This document shows positions 13,465-23,842 of a DNA stretch of 64,000 nt, piece after piece. Source of the stretch: Gnetum montanum (taxonomy: Eukaryota > Plantae > Gnetophyta); assembly GCA_015680685.1 (NCBI GenBank), contig MNCI01002812.1, forward strand, positions 724,830 through 788,829, read 5' to 3'. Each line of letters opens with the position of its first letter. Position 1 is the stretch's first letter. The notes beneath the pieces were generated by a model. The model saw nothing but the letters and a program-made list of their open reading frames with translations, ran no database searches and was not told the origin of the DNA. Both the position numbers and the translations under genes were made by a program.

Positions 13465-14279
13465 GGTTTTCTTGAGGCCTATCCTCATCATTGTGGAATT
13501 GGTGGGCATTTTATGTTACATAGACCATCCTAAGAACAATACCCCACCTCATGGCATGCCTTTTGGGAGACTATCCTTATGGTTCTAGCCTAGAGCAAGG
13601 GCATTCGTTGACTACCTCCTAGGGAATTTTAGTGTGATTCTATGGTCACACTTGTCTATGGATATAGATGATGCCATGGTGGAATCACAATCGCCTTGGT
13701 CTTCTAGTCTAATTCCCAAGTTCATCACTGACAATCCACCTCCCAAGATAGTAGGGGGTACTATAGATGTGATTAGTCGATGCTATCTCTCATAAATCTA
13801 GATGATGCCAAAATATAGTTGATACAAAATTAATAATACTCTGATGGTGGCACATAGGACCCAAAATTTGTTCTAGAATCTACCCAACACTGTGTATCAT
13901 CTACAGGGGTATGCATGGTCATTACATTATTCTTATGTTTTCATGGCTTTGTTGGTTAAACTACCTTTACTAACCTCTTTATTTTTACAATCTTCTTGTA
14001 GGTATGAGGTCAATGATCAAGGCTTGATCATCAATGATCAAATCTTAGTAGTGGCTCAAACTACTTTAGATGAATTCACCAAGAGTCTTAAGATAAGAAC
14101 TACTATGTATCAACAGTTAAGAGGGTACTTTGATGCATATGCCACAAGGTTCAACAATGTATATAAGAAGTGCAAGGATGATGGGATGATGTACAATTGG
14201 TGGATAGACTCTGATAGCATAGATCAAACCCTTGTAGTTAGGACCTCCACTCAAGCCCCATCGAAAAAGACAAGGAAAG
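13465..14279 (+). pseudogene. FCP1-homology/NIF (HAD superfamily) phosphatase-like domain, exons 2-3 of the antisense gene
   Basis: Reads PILIIVELVGILCY..LWF*PRARAFVDYLLGNFSVILWSH..CYLS*I*..YKINNTLMVAHRTQNLF*NLPNTVY without frameshift. Compare the remembered plant family pattern LLVLDLNGLL..VFKRP..FL.FCF..F.VG.WSS..L.K.W..Y...NTLL.DDSPYKA..NP..TAIFP. Confidence 0.7.
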
Positions 14280-14571
14280 GTAAACATAAAGGTCATAGCT
14301 TCTAGTATTTCATGGTTATAACTCTAATTGTTCTATTGGTTTAATTGGTTGTTAAACTTGCTTATGTTGATGCTAAACTTTGGTTGTTGCTTTGCAGAAC
14401 CTTCCACCTCTGTTGAGGCCACCATACCACTTTCAAGTACATGTCATGAGTATACCCTCATCCTGAAGTTTGGTGAGGTGATACTAGCACATGAGTGGCT
14501 AAGGGGATAGGTGCTTGGGTACATTCAAGAAAACACCCAAAATGTAGGTTTTCTTGATATATTTATGGCAC

Positions 14572-16181
14572 TGAAACACCATCAAATTTGAAATATGGCA
14601 TCTTGACTACAAATTTTTCTAAGTGTCATTGCGAAGCTAGAAGCTACAAATTTTTCTTAGTGTCATCATGAAGCCAAAAGTTCCAAATTTTTCTAAGTAT
14701 CATTGCAAAGCCAAAAGCTACAAATTTTTCTAAGTGCTAGGACTACACTCTCCACTACCTCATAGCGTAGTTAGCCTCTTGTGGAGATCATAGTCAACAT
14801 GAAGGCCCATTTTTTGCAAATTTTTCTAATTGTTTAGACTATGCTCTCCCCCAACCCAAAGTGTAGTCAAGTGTAGTCAACTGAAAGCCAGATTCCATAA
14901 GTTTTAATAAGTGCTAGGACTACTCTCATCCATAGTCAGGAGTGTAGTCAAGCTCCAGTGGAGAGTGTAGTTAGCACATAGTCATATTTTACAAAATTTT
15001 TCTAAGTGTGGAACTACACTCTCACCCAATCTAGAGTGTAGTCAGCAAGAACAACCTCTAGCAACCTCCAGAACATAGCAACACCACTCAACATAGCTCT
15101 AAATCATCTTTGGCAAGCGTAGTTAGTAAAATTCATCTTTTTTGTATCCCTTTTATCCCCAAAATTGTAACTACGCTTGACCTCATGCAAGATAGTGGAG
15201 AGTGCAATCCCAAAGTGTAGTTTGCAAAATTTAATTTTCTAGATACCTTGTAGTCATCTCAGCACATGCACATGCAGCTAGCAATGTAGTCACAATCTCA
15301 TAGTCTCATAGAGTCAAGCAAAGCATGGAAAAGCACAACATCACCAGCCTTAGTGGAAAGTGTAGTTGGGTGCCAATGTAGTCCCAACCATTCCCTTGGC
15401 CATGTGGCATTCACCCCACATTTCATGCTAAACCTAGCCCTATAAATACCCTTTGCCCTTAACATTTTAAGGGTTGGCATTTTGGCAAATTTTTGGGTTA
15501 GCATTTGGCAAAGTTGCAGATGACCGTAACCCCACCATAACCCCATCATAGCCCAACAGAACATTGTAGCCCAATCATAGCCCAATAGAACACTGTAGCC
15601 CATGGTACACCATGGTGGCCAACCTAGCAAATGCAAACACCCCAACTAGCATTAGTCTTCATGGACAGACACCTCCAAGACTATGACTATGCTCTCGACT
15701 ATTCTCTCCACTATGCTTATTGTACCCCATGTATCTTATAACCCCTTTTGGTGTTAACTACGCTCAACCCCATTTTGGGTGGTATTTTGTTTCTCTCTCT
15801 CTCTCTCTTTTCATTTTTAGCATTTCATTTGCATTTTTCACTATTTTATCACATAGTTACACTTACAACTACACTTAAGTGGTAGTCCCTACATGTTGAT
15901 GTCCTCATTTTTGCCAAAACTCTTTACTATGCTCAACACTATTAACACCATTAACACTATTAACACCATTGACACCATTCGAACACTTAGCACCATTTCA
16001 CATCATCATCATGGCTAACCACACTACACCCCAAGTACATCTAGTAAGTCCCTGTTCAATTGACAAGACCATTTAGGGCACCTTGTCTTTGCCTCCAGTA
16101 GGCCCTCACACAAACTTGAGGTTAGGTTGCATGCCTGTGAACATCTTGGTATTCCAACTACCAATGTTTTTTATTGTTACA
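14572..16181 (+). repeat. 5' LTR of element B
   Basis: TGAAAC...TTACA; aligns to 22314-23842. TATA (cctataaata) at ~15440. ~36-bp tandem repeats at ~14605-14740. Confidence 0.93.
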
Positions 16182-16186
16182 GTTTC

Positions 16187-16203
16187 TGGTACTAGAAGGT
16201 GGG
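16187..16203 (+). promoter_or_regulatory. Primer-binding site, probably tRNA-Asn
   Basis: tggtactagaaggtggg matches a CpG-decayed TGGCGCTAGAAGGAGGG, 5 nt after the LTR end. Confidence 0.75.
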
Positions 16204-17099
16204 TCAAACCACTTTTTTGGACTCCATTGTGATTTTCTTGTATGCTTTCTGCATTGTAGTTATCTATCAATCCATCTATGTAGATTGGAACCTATAGTTG
16301 ATTCCCCTGGAACCTCATGTAGAAACCCAAATTGCACTTCTCTCCACTATTTTCCTAAGTTTCTATTCTCTTAACATAGAGAGCATAGTTAGCCCTCAAC
16401 GTAGAGAGCATGGTCCATGGAGAGCATTGTCAAATCTCAGCATAGAGAGCATAGTCCATGTAGAGCATAATTAGTGTAGTTAATGATGTTAGTTGAAATA
16501 GAGTCAGTTTCAATGTTGTCCATACTACTCCACAACTAGTAACATGTACCTCTCCCTTTCATAACTTGATTTGTGATCATGTATCTAAATCAACCTTCGA
16601 TGTTGGTGTTAAACACACTTGACACCTTTACCATCCAATAAGAGGCTAGGATTAATAACCTTGGAAATCTAGTGATGGTAGGACCAAGGCAATTCCTTAG
16701 GCTACATGGCCAAGACCCAGAGTATGCTATGCTCAACAATGAATAATACAACTTTATATGTGGATCACCTTGACATGGAGGCAAAATTGGACTTCAAGAT
16801 AATCCACCAGGATGAACAAGAGTATATCCCTTTCTCCTTTGACATCATCTTGCTCATAGATTCCCACCATCGGTTATTATCTTATCTCCTGAGTAAGTGA
16901 GCATGACATGGGAATTGACTATGAGGAAGCCCTATAAGAGAAAGAAGATGAGTTCAAAGCTCACCCTAAACACGAGAGCCCCTTCCATGCCATCTTCCAA
17001 CAACCAATCCTTAGTCTGACCCCCTCCTTGATTCAGTTCTCTCATCCTTCCCTATAGTTCTAACACCAAAATCACCTTCCCACTCTATCAGGCTTAGGT

Positions 17100-20000
17100 T
17101 GATGCCTATAGTGGCAATGCATAAAATTTAATACATGCAATTTGATGTAACAGCTCCATTTAACTTTCCCTTCATGGCATCATCTCAACCTAATTAGCCA
17201 TCTTTGCTAGTAGCAATCATGTTAGCTTAGCCCTATGTTCATGCAAGGCTTGTCTTTAGACCCCAAATGACTCAAGCATCCTATGTCCTACCTATTTCAT
17301 CGATGCCCTTAGCATCCATCCAACCCACGCATGTGTGGCTTGCCTTGGTCAGCACACCCATAGCATAACCAATGCATCAACTGCATCATGTGGCTCTACA
17401 ACCAACAATTCAACCCTGGACTATACAATCAACACAACAAATAGCATAGCCAACACAACTATCTAATGCATCTTAAAACTTGGATCAAGCATTCTAACCG
17501 ATCCAAAATTTGATAGAGGAGGTGAGGTGACTCAAAGCTACTTCCTCTAAAATTGTCAAGGTGATGGACTTCTAATAGGATGACCCTATAAGTCTTGCGG
17601 TCCCACCCCTAACTCTACCAACTTGGGTCTTTTTGCCTCAACTCACCAAGTACAATAATGAAAGGAATCGCAACGTGCATCTAGTGATGTTCAAGTCTAA
17701 GTGCTTGCTACTACAAGTGTAGCCGCATGCCATTATACACATGTTTGCCATGTCACTAACTAGCAAAGCCTTAGACTAGTACCATGCACTATCCAGAGGA
17801 TCCATCTCCTCTCTAGAAGATCTCTTGAGCTAGTGCGTGACATGCTTCAAGTACAAATTGAAGTTAGAAGCAACCTTGGACTAGCTAATGTAGGTCAAGT
17901 AGGGTTCCCTAGAGCCTGTTTAAAAATTCATCTAATGATGGAGCAACTCATTGAATAAAATACAAGAGCCATTAGTTGAGGCACATCTCTTAGCTATCTT
18001 TTAAGGGCATGGTTAACGATTGTATAAAATCAAAGGTTTACTGTCTAAGCCTGTAGTCTCTAAGCCAAGCCTTTACCTAGACCAAGAGCATACAAGATGT
18101 AGTCAAAGCCAGTAAGGACCTGGCCTATGTGGCCTACAAAAAATAGCATGCGAGAAAGCAAAATGCAATAGTGGCAATGGTAGCCACACATGCTAATGTA
18201 ATCAACCATGGGTCGATGGCTAGGCAGCCCAACACCCCAACTCACAAAGTTGCCAACTCTGGTGCCAAGGCCACCAACCTACCTACATCTATAGTCTCCA
18301 TGACACAAGTTAGCCAAAGGTCCAACTTTGAGCATAAGGATTTCTCAAAGTATAACTCATTGCCACTAAAACCCTCATAGCTGCTAAATCAACTATTGAA
18401 AGTTGGGTGCATCCAACATAAGAAAATGTCTAAGGATGTCCACAAAAGGCATCACAAGCACTACAATCTGCTAAGGAATCCTACCTCAGTAGCACGAAAT
18501 AAGCCCATGGTCCCATAGCACTTCAAGATGGACCAATTCTATCGTTACCACTAGTTGTCTAATCATAGCATGGACTTCTGTCAAGCTTTGCAAGATGATC
18601 TACAAAGGATGATAGATAGGGGCGAACTAGTGCTTGACATGAAAAATCCAACTAGGCCCTAGAACCAATCCATGAGGGTGTACAATGACCCTATAAATTT
18701 GGATGGTATTGTCTATGTCATAAATACCATTAGCATGGGTGGCAAGTCAAAATTGATGTAGCAGCCTTTTATGGTTTGAGTGCCTTCTAGTAGTGTAAGG
18801 GTCCCCTCAGCCTCCATGAGTTCAAGGCCCCACTTTGTGGTTAGAGTTCCACCTTGGGAACCCACAACATCCTTTGTGGTAAGGGTCCCACAACATGTCA
18901 CAAAAACTACTATTCAACCACCATTTGTCATTAGGATGTCACAACGTGCTAGTCCTTCACCTACCTGAAGCTCGGTAGTGAACAACACATTGGCCCCTTC
19001 TTGTCCAAGGGCCAACTCTATTGGCAACATTAACAAACCATCTAGGTGACAACCCAAGAAGCCTAATGAGCATCTTGCAAATAGAATGGTTAGATAATGT
19101 CAAGAGCAAAAGGTGCTAGGCCCATTGAAGCTGATCCCTATATTTGCAATTCCTATGGCCAAAAAAACTAAGGAGGCCATCACCAGTAACTTGCAACCAA
19201 ATACTAAGGCCCTTATGTAGGCCAAGCCAACAAAGCCCAAGTTACTTCCCCAAAAAATTCATCTCTTAGGGCATATGGAAGAAGTCAAAGCCAATAAAAA
19301 TGCAACCAATGGCAAAGACTTCATGAATGCATTAGCCTAGGTTGAGTAAGCACTCAAGCAGAAGAATACAATGTTGAGCCTCTATGACCTCATCTACCCA
19401 ATTCAAAGCATTGGTGTGGATGTTGACCTTCATTCCTATCATGAAGGACAGCCTGGTAGGTGAGAACACCGTCTATTCAGTGATGTTGCCTACTACATTA
19501 TAGAAATCGAGCTTCACACCCCTCGTGTTTCATGATGAGGTAATTAAGGTTGATCCTAAGAAGGGTGAGGTCATAACAATCCCCATGTTTATCACCATAT
19601 GTGTTAAGTAATGCAAGATTTGAAGGGTGCACATCAACAATAGGGCAACAACAAATGTTGTCCCATATACCATCATTGATAAGTTAGGCCTTACAGAACA
19701 AATCAAGCCAACAAAAATCACAATCTTGAAAATGGTAGGGAAGTAATTCCCCACCACTACCAAATTCATCATCATAGAGGAAATTCCCAGATTTAACTTT
19801 ATATTGGGCAGCTCGTGGTTGGCCTAGTTACAAGCCATCTCCTCTCTAATTTCCTAGGAGATCCACCTTCCATACAAAGGTGGTGAAGCTATCATCCACA
19901 ATGATAATGCTACCCCTTTGGCCATCAACAACATCAACATGGAGCAAGGGTTAGAGGTGGAGTTTTTTGATGATGCATCCATAGTAAAGGAAAATAATGA

Positions 20001-20115
20001 AACACATGAGGTAGACACACCTAAAAGGATGAAAGAAGCTGATGACCTATCAGAAGATTCCTTGTGGGCAAAATTGCCCTTCAATGTGGCAAGCAAGGAT
20101 CAAGGAGACTACTAA
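17100..20115 (+). pseudogene. Element B gag-protease remnant
   Basis: LPQLTKYNNERNRNVHLVMF..MSLTSKALD*Y..SISS (gag, ~17630-17820). FYRYH*LSNHSMDFCQALQDDLQRMIDRGEL (Zn knuckle, ~18537-18630). RVHINNRATTNV (decayed aspartic protease site, ~19625). Confidence 0.85.
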
Positions 20116-20469
20116 ATAATGCAATCTAGGTCCTACACACCTCATAACCTACACCAGATTAGGAAGCAACTACGTGACTAAAATACCCCCTTAGCACAAA
20201 ACATGTTTGGCACCTGCCTACCCTTTGCTTCTATACTCCATGCAGTTACCTTTAGCTTGCATTGCATTTTTTATGCATTTATGTTTAGCCTAATTACTTA
20301 GATTACACATTATTTTACTTTGGTTACACATTTATTTGCTTTAATTACACATTCATTTGCTTAGTTTATGCACTCACCTTATTAGTTCACACCTTCGTAG
20401 TTATTAAAAAAACATCAAAATGCATAAAAGTCATAAAAGCTTAAATTACAAAAAATAGGGATAACATCA

Positions 20470-21130
20470 ACCTACTATGGCCTTAAACTAGCAACATGTG
20501 GCCTACCATGGCCTTAAACTAGCAGTGTTGTAGCCTTCCATGGCCTTAAACTGGCAATGTTACGATGCCATGGTCTTAAACTAGCAATGTTGTAGCCCAA
20601 GATAGCTCTAAACTAGAAATCCATGACCTACTATGGCTCTAAACTAGCAACACAAGGGCCTGGAATGGCCTTAAACTATCATCGTGGCCTAGAACATCCT
20701 AAAATTATTACTATGGGCCTAAAATGGCCAAACACTAGCATCAGCCTGCCATGGCCTTAAACTAGCATGCAAACCATCAAGGCTTCAAAATAACAATAGA
20801 CTCACTATGGCTCACAATGGCCCAAACTCACATACTCATAACAAATGCAATAAAATCATCATATGCCATACTTGAAGCCACACTACATTTAGCATGTAGC
20901 ACCAAACATCATTGAAGCAAGGTAAGCACTCATCCGCTATGATGCTAAAATCTCATTTGCTATGATGCTAATCTATCATAATTCATCTGCTACAATGCTA
21001 AATTGGTATAGTAGTCTGCTATGACTAAAAACTAGCATAGCATGGTCTACCAAAACCTTAAACTAGGTTCACAGTTTGCTAGGACCTTAAACTAGTAAGG
21101 CCATGGCCTACCAAGACCTTAAACTAGGTT
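20470..21130 (+). repeat. Degenerate ~30-bp tandem repeats with core ATGGCCTTAAACTAGCA
   Basis: More than 10 copies read directly. The same core occurs on the minus strand at ~4300-4380, ~7340-7400, ~44970-45025 and ~48760-48800. Confidence 0.85.
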
Positions 21131-22313
21131 TGTGGTCAATCACTAATAATTTCTTTCATCCTCCTACAAGCGAGCGAGTAAGCATAAACCTTTCCCCCCT
21201 TCTACACCACTTGGGTGGGCATGCTACAACTTCAGAATGGAGCACTTGTCATTGGGAAACCTTTGGAGCACTTGCAACATCTTGGCCCACTACCATTTTA
21301 CTAGCTTTTTGAGCACTTGCCACTAGTGTAGCCTTTGGAGTATTTGTAGCATCTTTGCCCCCTAAATTTTATTTGCATTTTGTGTTGTGTGGTTTCCTTA
21401 TCTTCTTGGAGCTATGTTTGTAGGATGAAGCCCTAGGACATCATGCAAAAGTACCTCTCATTGCAATGGTAAGTCACCACATCACTTCAAGGTGCATGAT
21501 TGGACTAGTGAAGCCTCTCAAGAGTGCACATCCCCCTATCCTGTTATAGCCTATCCACATTCACTCCCACATTCCAATACCCTCTCATTCCCTACATAGC
21601 CAAAATTCAAAACCCTCCTAGATGCTCATGTGCCATGACTACACAGAATCCTCTTCACATGTCTCATCAAACACCAAGCTTTCCAAGGTGGATGTAACAT
21701 AAGTCATCCTATGGGAAGCCTCTATTGGCTGGTCAAAGCCCAAGCATATGGAACATAAGCCATCCTAGGGAGGAAACATCTGTTGTACAAACATCATGTC
21801 ATTTCATCAATGGTGAAGCGAAGCCCATCTAGTGATATGTAATTCACTTGACAGGGAGCATCTCACTCTGTAGTAAGCATTCAAAAAATAAAAAAAAGAT
21901 AGTGAATGGGGAAGAGCATGTCCTTGACCAACCTAGAAGCACTGAAATTTTGCAATTAGCTTAACCTTAAATCTACACCTTAACTCTCTCATAAACACTC
22001 TGACAAAAAGTGAATGTTTTCAAGGGTAAGCCACTCTAGTATCATGGTCATCATCAATCATGAGGTCTTTGGTCATAATATCCCTGCTTACACCCTACCT
22101 TTCCCTTTTTATCCATAGCACATCACCTATGCCTTCTCTTACTTTCCACCTACCATCTACCGTACCACTATCCACAACACTCTTGAGCATGGTGTAGCAA
22201 CATTCGACCTAGCACTGAAGGATGATGTTGGTGCCAAGCCTATTATGGTGTGTTGCAATTCTTTGTTGACATCTCTTGGGCCACTCTTTCATACGTCAAC
22301 AAAGAGGGACCAA

Positions 22314-23842
22314 TGAAACACCACCAAATTTGGAATACATCATTCCAATTGTAAATTTGACTAAGTGTCATTGTGAAGCGAGAAGCTACAAATTTTTCTA
22401 AGTATCATCATGAAGCCAGAAGCTACAAATTTTTCTAAGTGTCACTGCGAAGTCAGAAACTGCAAATTTTTCTAAGTGTTGGAACTACACTCTTCACTAC
22501 CTTAGAGCATAGTCAGCCTCTCATGGAGAGTGTAGTTAGCATGAAGACCCAAGTTTTTCTAATTTTTCTAAGTGTTGAGACTACGCTCTTCCCCAGCCCA
22601 AAGCGTAGTCAAGCATAGTCAACCAGAAGCTAGTTTCCACAAGTTTTAACAAGTGCTGGGACTATGCTCATTCCTAGTTGGGAGTGTATTCAACCTCCAA
22701 TGGAGAGCATAGTCAACACATAGCCATATTTTGCAAAATGTTTCTAAGTGTGGAACTATGCTCTCCCCTAGTCTAGAGTGTAGTCAGCAAAAACAACCTC
22801 TAGTAACCTCCACAACATCGCAACACCACTTAGCTTAGCTTCAACTCATCTCTAGCAAGTGTAGTTAGAAAAATGCATCTTTTCTGTATCCCTTTTATCC
22901 CCAAAATTGTAACTATGCTTAACCCCATGCAAGATAGTGGTGAGCGTAGTCTCCAAAATTACATTTTTCAGGTACCTTGCGATCCTCTTGACACATGCAC
23001 ATGTAGTTGGTAGCATAGTCATAGTCTCATAGTCTCCTAGAGTCTAGCAAAGCACAACACCACTAGCCTTAGTGGAAAGCGAAGTTGGGTGCTAGTGTAG
23101 TCCTAACTATTCCCTTTGCTACATGGCATTCACTCCTCATTTCATGCTAAACCTAGCCTTATAAACATCATCCATCCTCAACATTTTAAGGGCTAGCATT
23201 TTGGAAAATCAAGGGTTGGAAAATTTTTGGGTTAGAATTTGGCAAAGTTGTAGATGACCATAGCCCCATCTTAGCCCCACTGTAGCCTAGCAGAACACCA
23301 TAGCCCATAGTACACTGTAGCAGCCAACTCAATAGATGCAAACACCCTAGTGAGCATCAATCTTTGCGGCTAAACACCTCTGCGATTGTGACTATGCTCT
23401 CCACTGCACCTATTGTACCATGTGTACCTTTAATCCCTTTTGATGTTAACTATGCTCAACCCCATTTGGGGTGGTGTTTTACTTCTCTCTCTCTCTTTGC
23501 ATTTTTAGCATTTCATTTGCATTTTTCACTATTTTATCACATAGTTGTGCCTACAACTATGCTCAAGTAGTGGTCCCTATAGGTTGACACCCTTGTTTTC
23601 ACTAAAAAACTTGACTTTGTTTGATACTATTAATACTTTTTGAACACTTAGCACCATTTCGCATCAACATTACAGCTAACCATGTTGCACCTTGGTTACT
23701 TCTGGTAAGTCCCTGTTCAATCGACAAGACTATTTAGGGCACCCCATCTCCACCTCCAGTAGGCCCTCATGTGGACTTAGGGTTAGGCTATGCACCTATG
23801 AACCTCTTGGTGCTTCAACCACTGACATTTTTGATTGCTATA
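22314..23842 (+). repeat. 3' LTR of element B (preceded by PPT aaagaggg at ~22301)
   Basis: Aligns to 14572-16181; ends ...gattgctata. Confidence 0.93.

Larger units (their letters stand above)
14572..23842 (+). mobile_element. Element B: complete non-autonomous Tat-type LTR retrotransposon encoding gag-protease only
   Basis: Paired LTRs, PBS and PPT. TSD is ggcac (14567-14571) / ggtac (23843-23847). The empty site is visible in copy E at ~58410. Confidence 0.92.
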
